From Eledone cirrhosa (taxonomy: Eukaryota): a DNA stretch of 64,000 bases. Of the stretch, positions 53,992-64,000 are shown piece after piece. A program made the position numbers and the translations under genes. Within the stretch, counting starts at the first letter, position 1, and each line of letters begins with the position of its first letter. The notes beneath the pieces were generated by a model. The model had not been told where the DNA came from, ran no database searches, and worked only from the letters and a program-made list of their open reading frames with translations. The stretch is taken from assembly GCA_964016885.1 (NCBI GenBank), contig OZ024741.1:74958001-75022000 (forward strand), given 5' to 3'.

Positions 53992-54890
53992 TCTATATAT
54001 ATAAAACAGAGGATGTTGTCTGTCTGTCTGTCTGTGTAAATCCCTAAAACTCGAGAAGTACCCGACTGATTTTCAAACTTTACACATGCGTTACTTATAT
54101 TTTTTGAAGTGCAATGGGCTAAAAAGATTTTAACTTTTTCTTCCCTAGGCATTTTTAGTCTCCGCGCATTGCTGTGGACAAAAAAAATTTCCGATTCCAT
54201 TAATGGTTTCTAGGAAATTTACGAATTAACATTTGGCATCACATGCCATTTTCATTTTCAATATAAACGCTACTTAAACATCATAAGTAGTGTATAATAT
54301 TTTGTTAAAAGTTTGGTTTATTTAACAGAGGACACAACACTTACTTTTAAGTAGGACCATTTTCGGGGGATTGAAGAAATGAGGAGGACCTTAAAATTTT
54401 TGTCGGCACCATGTTGACGCTTCGTGCTTTCATCACGTGCAAATCTGGGCCCTGTGTACGTTGCCGTGTTATTGACACCGTAAAACTCACGTCTGTGCTA
54501 CTTCTACTAAGATCCATTTTGTTGCACCTACACCACAGTATGAACGCTTTGTGCAAGTACGCCGAACAGCGGTTGTGTTAATTCCATGGTGACCCCTTTT
54601 ATTGCACCTTTGTTGCTGTGTAAACACACTGCAACCAGTGCTGCCCAGCATTTGTGCTAATTACACTATGACCCCCTCTGTTGCAGCTGCGTTGCCACGC
54701 TGATTTTGTCATCTCAATATCTCTACTTAAATGTACCTCCCTACTTGGTTTTCACACAATTGTCTACGTCACTCTGCAATCCCTGAGAATATCGGAATTC
54801 AAAAAGTACACAGCTACATTCCTCAATTTTTGCATATGTGTGTTGCTATTTCACGTTTCCTACCCATGCAATGCCAGGTCCTGCTGCTAG
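53992..54890 (+). mobile_element. Non-autonomous Helitron
   Basis: 5' TC(tatatatataaaa) followed by (TCTG)n; 3' hairpin-like then CTAG; inserted between A and T with no TSD. Confidence 0.8.
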
Positions 54891-55336
54891 TAATAAATAA
54901 AATCATTAATTTATCTTTATGGCAAGCATGTGTGTTCAATGCACATTTTTCTAAGATGGCTGACAAACAACCACACATGAGTTTCATCCATTTTTTTTTT
55001 CCTTTTCTGTTAGGAAAATATGCAAATGAAAATCGAAATCATGACCTTCAAATTATCAAGGAAGACCAAGTAATTGCTTTTCTACAAATATAAAATAATC
55101 CACTCGGAGGGGTTGGGGAAGGCAGATGTGTGAATATTTGGCATGCAAAATAGATTGGTTGAAACCAGGACAAGTACTGGGCAAATCTACTATTGTCTAA
55201 CCAGAGTATGACATGCACGCATGTTCCAGAACATTCTAAACTCTTAACTATATCTAAATATTGAGGACATTTTGTTATTTTTGGTAGTTTTTACACCTTC
55301 GAAAGATCAGTGTTTCTCTCTCTCTCTATATATATA

Positions 55337-55374
<38 letters not shown>

Positions 55375-55511
55375 GTGTGTATGTGTGCGTATATATATGT
55401 GTGTGTGTATATGTATATGTATATGTGTGTGTGTAATTATATATGTGTGTGGGTGTATATATATATATGTGTTAGTGTATATATATGTGTGTGTGTGTGT
55501 GTATATATACA

Positions 55512-55574
<63 letters not shown>

Positions 55575-55599
55575 ATGTATATATATATATAATTCACTT

Positions 55600-56070
55600 A
55601 CTCATCTTCTTGTGTTCTCATTTCAATGGTTGAGAAAGACATAACATTTTCTTGTTTGTCTTTCTCTGTTTTATCTCTCCATAACAATCCTCTCTTCTTG
55701 CTGCATTTTCCATTCTGATGAAAGACTAGCATGTGAAACATCAACACTCTTTTATAACTTTTTTTAACCCTTTAACATTTACATTATTCTATTATTCTAG
55801 ATATACTATTGTATTTTCACAGTAAAGTCTTTATCTTACATAATTATCTCACGTAATATCAGATTCATGAGATTTTGATATTATTTATTCAAGAACAATA
55901 CTTTAACGTTGGTATGAGTGGCCAGTTATGACCGGTTTGAACAGAAGATGTGAGAGAATTCTGGCCGGATATGGCCGGTTTGAATGCTAAAGGGTTAAAT
56001 GTTAAACTGATATCCCATTATTGTAATGTGTTGTTCTCTGGTACTGTTTTTCCCTTCTTTTGACTATGTA
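55600..56070 (+). mobile_element. Family H1 hammerhead-bearing repeat split by a MITE
   Basis: CTGATGA-aagactagcatgt-GAAAC at ~55715-55739; similarity to the 10206-10430 copy resumes after 55998. Confidence 0.6.
55768..55994 (+). mobile_element. piggyBac-like MITE with TTAA TSD
   Basis: TTAA-ccctttaacatt...aatgctaaaggg-TTAA. Confidence 0.85.
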
Positions 56071-56491
56071 TGTTTGCATATTGTGAACACAGGCATGGCT
56101 GAGTAACTAAGAAGTTCGCTTTGCAAGCATGGGTGCCAGGTTGCATCTCATTACATGACATCTTGTGTATCATTTACCATAGCCTTGGGTCAACTCAAGC
56201 CTTGTAGATGAAATTGGGTTGATGTAAACTGTTTGGAAGCCCATCAGATAGATTGTGACTAGAATTCAAAATTTCAGGTTTGTCACATATTGTGTCACAT
56301 TTATTTAGCTTGTAAATTACATTAATGAAACACATGTTTGTGGAAAACTCAGTTGCATAGCTGCATGTTATTAATTAATTTATTTAAAACAGGGAAACAC
56401 AGGCACATACACACAAAAATGTGCAACATGGATATAGACATTGTTCTAGGTTCAGTCTTACTGTGACACCTTGGGCAAGTATCTACTTATA

Positions 56492-56560
<69 letters not shown>

Positions 56561-56569
<9 letters not shown>

Positions 56570-57180
56570 GTAGCGAAGCAAGCGGTTATTAAACAATTCT
56601 CTAAATAAATTAAAAATCGATTTAAATAATCACCTGTTCCATTGCTGTTACCGACGGTTTCATCATTCCAAAAGATTGGAAATCCAGAGAATTTCCAATG
56701 GAAAGAAATGAATCTTCAGACAGCCTATTTCCACACCATAAGGTTGCAAGCCTCATAGTAAGTAAATATTTTGCTCCCTGCCTAACGCATGCGGTCAAGC
56801 TGTTAAAATGACACACACGCAAAATCAGGTCGCTGATAATAGCTGTATATTATAAACATGTTGATATTGCCACTAAAATTAGCAGCATTATTCAACGTTT
56901 TGTTCTCTACATAAGGAGAAAAATTATAGAAGTGGATGAATACCTCAACAGGTACAATGTACTTGTAGAAATATTCAAGTTGTTTATAATACATGTGGTT
57001 CAATGGTACTAATTCGAGATGCCAGAACAATATAAAAAGTAGCGAAGCAAGCGGTTATTAAACAATTCTCTAAATAAATTAAAAAACGATTTAAATAATC
57101 ACCTGTTCCATTGCTGTTACCGACCGTTTTATCATTCCAAAAGATTGGAAATCCAGAGAATTTCCAATGGAAAGAAATGA
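56561..57180 (-). mobile_element. Non-coding terminally redundant hammerhead element (retrozyme-like), 469-nt period
   Basis: ~150-bp direct repeats at 56561-56711 and 57030-57180; (TA)n on both flanks; no recognisable ORF. Confidence 0.75.
56644..56724 (-). ncRNA. Type I hammerhead ribozyme with canonical core
   Basis: gctgt-CTGAAGA-long stem II (tcatt..ttggaaat/atttccaa..aatga)-GAAAC-cgtcg-GTA-acagc; perfect 5-bp stem I. Confidence 0.8.
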
Positions 57181-57194
57181 TATATATATATATA

Positions 57195-57890
57195 TTTCGT
57201 TTCTGAATTTGTTTAGCAAGATTCTTTATCTGAAAATGTGTGTTGAAACCGATATTGTTATACTTTGGGAGGGTCATATTGCCAATAAGAAACACACGCA
57301 CCAGTTGCTTTCACTCCAATTTATTATAAATTAAATTTATAAATTTAAGAATTTATAAATTTCCGGTTGGTTGGTTGGTTCCATAACCGGATGGTTGTTC
57401 ATATATTGTCAAAGTTCTTTCGTCACACATTCTGTGACCTCTTCAGTGACTGGGGATTCTTTTCTTTGTTTTTGTGCCTCTCCTTTGTTCTGTTTTACGC
57501 CATCTTGTTTTTGTGTGTGGAGCATGCTTAGTTTGCACATGTGTTACATTGGGGTGTCTGTGTGTGTTTATATTTGTTTATTTATTTGTTTATTTACATG
57601 TTACTGGTTGGTTGGTTGTTCTGTGTGTGTGTGTGTTTTCATTTTGTCCTTAATTGTAAGTTGTGATGTTGCTATTCCATTCATGTTTTCTATTTAATTT
57701 TGGTTGGAGTTCATTTATGTGTATTGCCTCTGTGATTTGTCTAAACATTGATTCTATTTTTATTTCTATGTTCTCTAATTTGCCCTTATGTTCTATTTTA
57801 AATAGAACATAAGGGCAAATTAGAGAACATAGAAATAAAAATAGGTGCGTGTGTTTCTTATTGGCAACATGACCCTCCCAAAGCATAACA

Positions 57891-57895
<5 letters not shown>
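57195..57895 (-). mobile_element. 5'-truncated copy of the 15190-16500 PLE family with fold-back hairpin and inverted terminal piece
   Basis: MFRQITEAIHINELQPKLNRKHEW; palindrome 57754-57844; 57843-57890 is an inverted copy of ~57255-57303. Confidence 0.8.
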
Positions 57896-57931
<36 letters not shown>

Positions 57932-58195
57932 TGTGTGTATATATATATATGTATATATATATATATGTGTGTGTGTGTGTATATATATATATATGTGTGT
58001 GCGTGTGTATATATATATATGTGTGTATATATATGTGTGTGTGTGTGTGTATAAATGTGTGTGTGTGTGTGTGCATGTGTATATATGAAGTTGACCAATA
58101 ATTTGTAAATGAAATTTGGTAGTTAGAAGTTCAAATTATTAACCAGCTAAATGATCATCATCAAGACTGATGGAAGATCCATTATTATTATATTA

Positions 58196-58819
58196 CTAGC
58201 CAAATTACCTGCACGTTGCTGCGTTTCACACATTTTTTTTGTAAGAAAATGATGATTGATTTTAAATCAGTGATATAATTTATGGAGAAAAAATAAAGGG
58301 AAAATGTTTAAAAAGTAGAGGCATTAACTGATAATTTTTGTTGTCATAATTCTAGTGATGTTTTGCCATAGATAAAATGTTTAAATTAGCCAAATTTTAC
58401 TATAAAAGAGAGGTGCCTTTTTTGTTGATTTACGTTTAATTAATAGAAAAACCTTGTGATAATAGAGGTTCCAATACTCAAGTTATGGGCTTCCCAAATT
58501 TTCACTATAGGGGGTTTAGCCCCCATTAGGGTGTCTTAATATTATTGAAATTTGCTGAAAGTTTGTGAATAGGCATCATATCTTGTCATTTACCTATGGT
58601 TTAAATTTCATATAACTCGAAGGGAAAACTTTTCAGCGGGGTCAAGCGGGGTTTGTGCTCCCGAGAATCTCTTTGATTAAAATGAAATATACTTATCCAA
58701 GTACCCTGGGCAATGTAGTTTCAGAATATATATGTTTATAGGGGTCTATCTCCAAAGCCATAGGAGGAGTTTGTGAAGAAACAAATAAACAGACAGGAAC
58801 TACAACTTTATATTATAAG
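58196..58819 (-). mobile_element. Non-autonomous Helitron-like element
   Basis: Minus-strand 3' end gcagcaacgtgcagg..ggCTAG-T; 5' end cttataatataaag followed by ctgtctgttt. Confidence 0.6.
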
Positions 58820-59199
58820 CTAAAATGATTGTTACACATTTATTGTCGAGTTATTAAAAGTTAACTTTGCAATCATGATGTCCCACATTCACTCTTACTC
58901 CAGGGCATTTTGGGAAACTCTTTGGAAGCCTGTTGAATGGATTGTACCTATAATTCAATGGTATGTCATGTCACATATCATGTCACACTAATACATTATC
59001 ATCATCTTTCCATACTGGCATCTATTGAATGGGTCATTACAATCTGAGACTAGATGGGTCAGAGAACTACAAATTCTTCATATGTTCCATATTTTTGCTG
59101 GTTTCTATGGTTAGATGCCCTTTCTAATATTACACAGTTTATATAGTATACTGACTCAGCCTGAAAATTATGTCATGTGTCTGGGGAATATTTAACCTA

Positions 59200-59525
59200 A
59201 CAGACTCCTTCAGTCATGGCTGACCATGGATTTGTGCCTGGAAAGTTCCTTTCCAAATTACAACCTTGGACAAGATGTTTTGAAGAAAACCAACTGTTAC
59301 ACATGCATACCAGAATTCCTTCACTAAGCCACTGATGTTGTCCAAGGGAAAGGCAAATGCCAATACAGCTTGGCACCACTGTTGCTGCAACTACTTTTTT
59401 CCAGCTGAGTGCACAGGAGCAATGTGAAATGAAGTGTCTTGCTCAACGATGCAATGTGTCGCTCAGTCCAGGAATCAAACTCATAGTCTTAGGATCATGA
59501 GCACAACACCGTAACCACTTGGTCA
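59200..59525 (-). mobile_element. tRNA-derived SINE (family B), copy 2
   Basis: Colinear with 25035-25330. Confidence 0.75.
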
Positions 59526-60360
59526 CATATATCACAATCACTTACACGATAGTTTAGCAAGTGGGTTGGTCCTATTGATCAATCAGCATAAAACCAGTGG
59601 AGGATTCATCATTATCCCACAGAGAAACTTGATGGTTTCTGGAAAATTCTAACAGTTTCATGGCTTCATTAAGAAAATATTGTAGCTTCAGTCTTTAAAG
59701 TCCCTAGTAGGGTGGGGTGGGATAGAGAAGAGGGATTAACAAAATGTCTTCCTTAATATACCTTGCTCACCTGACTCCCACCTTATCATGACATGTACAT
59801 ATGTATTCATGCTATTATCTACTTAGTCATAATTACACCTTGAAATACCCACGCATTTATGTGTACCTGTATGTGTGTGTGTGTATGCATATGTATGTGT
59901 GTGTCTGTATATGTGCAACTCTGTGTCTGTCAGTCAGTGTCTGTGTATATGATGGTGTGAATATGTTTGTGTGCCTATGTGTAGCTTTCAGTATATTTAT
60001 GAGTGATGACGAGGAGTGAGAAGCAGACTTAGACAAATGCAGAAGTACAAATACCACCACCACAGCTACTACTAATATTACTTACTTGATGCTCCACTAC
60101 CACTACCACTACTACTGCTATTACTATTTACCTGACGCCCCCACCATCACCACCACCACCAGGTAATGCCAAACTGACATACATCACATCATGTATTTCA
60201 AAAGATATCATGCAGCTGGTGTGTCTCATGGCAGTAAACAACTGAGTCATCTGAAAACATAATAGTAATAATAGTGATAATAAGAATTATGATAATAATA
60301 ATAATAACGATAATAACAATTATGATGATAATAATAATAATTGTTGATAATAATAATAAT

Positions 60361-60548
60361 TGTTTCTACTTTTGGCACAAGGCCAGCAATTTCCCAGAGC
60401 ATTACTGGTACTTTATTTTATCGACCCCGTAAAGATGAAAGGCAAAGTTAACCTCGGCGGGAATTGAACTCATAATGGCAAGGGCCGTAACTCTATACGT
60501 CAAAGCATGGCATCCGACCCTCTACCGATACTGCCAATCCACCGCCCT
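60361..60548 (-). mobile_element. Full-length family A SINE inside an (AAT)n tract
   Basis: tgataataataataat on both flanks. Confidence 0.9.
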
Positions 60549-60921
60549 TGATAATAATAATAATAATGATTAATCATGTTTCTGTGCTGGTTTCTGTGTA
60601 AGAGCATGCATGATAACAGCTATGGGCTGATGCCTGACTCCAGGATGTAATGTAATTGCAAAGCCAAGGTAAACAATTGTAAATACTAGAAAAGTAGCAA
60701 ATAATGATTTCTTACTGAGGTGCAAGGCCATATAATTTGGGATCTTGGTAGAGCTAGTTCTGTATGGTGTGGGGATTCAAGGATTTGGGGGAAGTGATGG
60801 TGAGAAAATTGCTAATTATATAAATGCCAGAACTTGTAAAAGTGTGTGTGGAAGCCAATATATTGGTTCTGGGTTTCAAAGAAATGAGGATAAGCCTATA
60901 AATACCTAATGGGTTACTTAT

Positions 60922-62020
60922 TTAACCCATTCATGGCTGCATCTTTAAGGAAATACACATTATTCAATTAATTAATGAATTTTTTTGCCGGATTTACAAA
61001 AATTATTTTATCACGAAGGCTACCAGATTAGCAGAATCGATAAAGTATCAAACTAATGCTAAACAGTGTTCTGGCTCTTTACATTCTCAGTTCAAATCCT
61101 GCCATGGTCAACTTTTCCTTTCATCCTTCTGGAGTTGATAAAATGAAGTCCCAGTTAAGTACTGGGGTTAATATAATTAGCTTTCCCCTCCACACAAATT
61201 ACTGACCTTCAGCATAAGTTAGAAATTGTTAATTATTTCATTACTAAGACAGTAATATGACATGGTTCTTACATAAAATTATGTTGGAAGATTTTGGTTT
61301 AAATAGAACACTCTAAAATGGGTGATTTCTTTCATAGAACCAGAGCTGGTTTGAGCAGGGTTGATGTCATAAGGGTTAAAAAATAAAGGAAACAAATTGA
61401 TCATCAGATTGGACCAAAGAAACTGTTTCCATTGGCCTTTCAAATGCAGATACTATCTGCCACTTGCACCTCCTGGCAGAAGCATCACTGTTTTCTAGGT
61501 GTGAGAACAAGAAGGATTTCAACTCAGAACATATAAAGTTGGATCAGATACCACAAAGAATCAGATCTGACACTAAAATTTCTGCCAATCCTCTGTCTCT
61601 GGACGTTTTTTATCAATACTTTTTTTATCGACCCTTCAAAGGACAAATGGCAAAGTTGATCTCATTAGGATTTGAACACAGTGCATTAGGAGACAGAACA
61701 AATGCTGAGCCATTTACTCCAATGCTCTAACAATTGCTAAATTCACATGTCTCATAAATTTTGAGTTATACTGCTTTACCATCACCCTCAAGCCCTGAAA
61801 GTATTCTTGTTGTGTCTTGCAATGTTTCTTTTTGAGACAGCCCTACTGATAAGACGGTTTTGATTGGTACAATTGTTAGAACAACAGAAAAATGCCCTGC
61901 AGCATTTGTTCCCTGCTCTTTGTGTTCAGAATTCTTTAATTTTATGATCTGTCAACAAAGTCAACTTTGCTTTTCAATTTATCAGGGTCAGTAAATGAAG
62001 AACCAGCCAAATACTAGATT
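60922..62020. mobile_element. Old TTAA-bounded element (~60922-61379) with a nested SINE, plus two degenerate family A-like SINEs
   Basis: ttaaccc..gggttaa ends; gttcaaatcc..ctttcatccttc..gataaaatgaagt cores near 61090, 61620 (minus strand) and 61960. Confidence 0.55.
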
Positions 62021-63289
62021 AATTTTTCTTTCTTGTCCTGTATCTGTCTGTCACTCTTTCTTTCCTTCTCACTCCCCTCTTCCCCTCTCTTTCCAACTCT
62101 CTCTTTCACCCTCGCTCTTTCTCTTTTCCCCTCTCTCTTCTCTTTCCCCACCTCTCTCTTTATCTCTCCAACCCTCTCTCTGAGAATTGATTATTGTTTC
62201 AAGTATAGCTCATGTTCAGTTCCAATGTATCAATGTATGGATTATCTCTGGGTACTTTGGTTTCTATACATAACAATGATTTTATTCCCATTGGTGGCTT
62301 ATGTCCTGTCACATATTTCTCTTAATGTTTAAAAGACTGTTTAGAATAAAACTATTCCAAGAAAAAAATATAAATATGTTTCAAATTAATTTAAACTGTT
62401 TTCACTTTCACTTAATCCTGTGTTCTTATTTAATATGCATAAACTCTTTCAAGTATTGCTTTTAGTGAATTGCAATATTCAAATGTGTAGATTACTACTG
62501 AGTACTCTGGTTTTCACACATTATAAAAATGATGCTGGTTCCACTGGTGGTTTTTCTCCTAATGTTCCAGCTTCTACTAATTTTTAAAAGTCTTTTAAAA
62601 AGTATTAAAATCAAAAATAGATAAAATGTTATATTCAATAATAGTTTCAAATGAATTTAAACTTTTTTCACATTTTAGTCATGTATTCCTATCAAATATA
62701 GTATGAATTAGCCATATGGTATTTACATAATTGAGTGATGAAGTATATTATTCATATTAAGTATGTATCTGATGGAGAGTGCATTAGATTCCAAAATTGG
62801 ATAAATATTCTGGGAAAAAAATAATTTCTTTCTTAGTTAGCTTCATAATCACATAGTTTTGGGTTCATTCCCATTCCCATTGGCAAGTTCTTATGAATAA
62901 AATGTGGTTGATAAAAACTAAAGTCGACGTAAAATGATGATGATGATGATGATGATGAAGATGATGATGATGATGATATATATATATATGAGACCGGTGG
63001 ACAGAAATACATGGAGCAGGACACTAAGGAGCACTGTCAGGCAGGAACCACCCCTACTTAGGGATTAATTGTGTCCTGCATAATCAAAAACTGGATGATG
63101 ATGATATATATATATATATATATATACATTATGAAGAGAGAAGAAACATTTAGATATAATTAGTAATAAAATGTATCATACCATATATATATATATAACG
63201 AAGGAAATGTGGTAAGGAACCAGGTGGACCATAACGCACCAAAGTACTCAATACTTAGGGTAGTAGAGTGGGTAATAGGAACGAGTAGG

Positions 63290-63385
63290 ACCCCGACGGC
63301 TGAGCTCAAGCCGTTTCGACGGCTAGTTCTGGACTAAATGAAAATTTTTATCTTGGTATATGAATAGCCGAGCTTCTCAGGGGGT
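63290..63385 (-). ncRNA. Type I hammerhead-like motif with extended stem II, in a probable PLE 3' end (~63197-64000)
   Basis: acccc-CTGAGAA-g..cggcta/tagccg..c-GAAAC-ggct(tgagctc)agcc-GTC-ggggt; all three stems pair. Confidence 0.7.
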
Positions 63386-64000
63386 AATTCCATATATGGT
63401 AAAAGTGATTGTCACAAGGATTGGTCAAAAGTTTGTTGTAGAGACACATAATTCTATCATGGCAATTTGTGGAAGGAAGGGGTAGCTGAACCTGCCATTA
63501 GGAGAAAGAGGGAGAGGGGGTGGAGGAAACCCAGTCGTGCGTTGATAGTGCCAACTACAGCAGGGCAGGAGGTCAAGGAAGTATACTAGGGAGGGGGAGG
63601 GGGAGGAAGTCGAAACAATAAGTAAAACAATATGGGGTAAATATATAGAAAAATACCGAGAATGTTAAAAAAACAATTAAATATAGAAAAAAACAATTTC
63701 TGGTTACTATAACCTAAGGACAGCTATCAAGTCTATCACTGGTACTGCTAGACTAAAGAAAGGTTTACTAGGTGGGACGGAATTATAATGAGACCCTTTT
63801 AAGAGGTAGTAGTAATCAACCGAGTATATCTTACGGTGACGGGTCAACAAGTGGGGGGCCAAAATACTAAAGAAACTACCACAAAATAATAATTCAGAGT
63901 CCCGAGACTAATACGAAATAATGGTTTCTACCCTAGGCTCAAGGCCAGCAACCACCCAGTGCAAAAAATAAACTAATACGAAATAATAATTCAGAATCCC

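Overview
AT-rich, repeat-saturated eukaryotic (metazoan) DNA with no host protein-coding gene that I can support. The dense (TA)n/(CA)n microsatellites and the repeat repertoire suggest a cephalopod, probably octopus, genome (inference only). Contents: a near-intact full-length Tx1-clade LINE (2983-8993) plus the tail of a second copy, two R4/Dong-like LINE fragments, several Penelope-like element (PLE) fragments, CR1, RTE and CRE LINE relics, a compact Ty3/Gypsy-order LTR element with a 5-bp TSD, a DD37D (maT) transposon relic, non-autonomous Helitrons, TTAA MITEs and many tRNA-derived SINEs. Most interesting signals: (i) an (ATT/TAA)n-centred retroelement system in which a Tx1 LINE, an R4 LINE and a SINE use the same microsatellite, and the SINE shares the Tx1 terminal motif CCTTGTG-N8-AGAAA-NN-(ATT)n; (ii) a non-coding 469-nt-period, terminally redundant element with a canonical type I hammerhead ribozyme (retrozyme/circular RNA candidate, 56561-57180) and several other hammerhead motifs; (iii) a palindromic element with two convergent tRNA-like Pol III cassettes, present twice (42550-43327); (iv) several fold-back structures at element junctions. 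Coordinates were read by eye and may be off by a few bases; family names come from motif recognition, not database searches.
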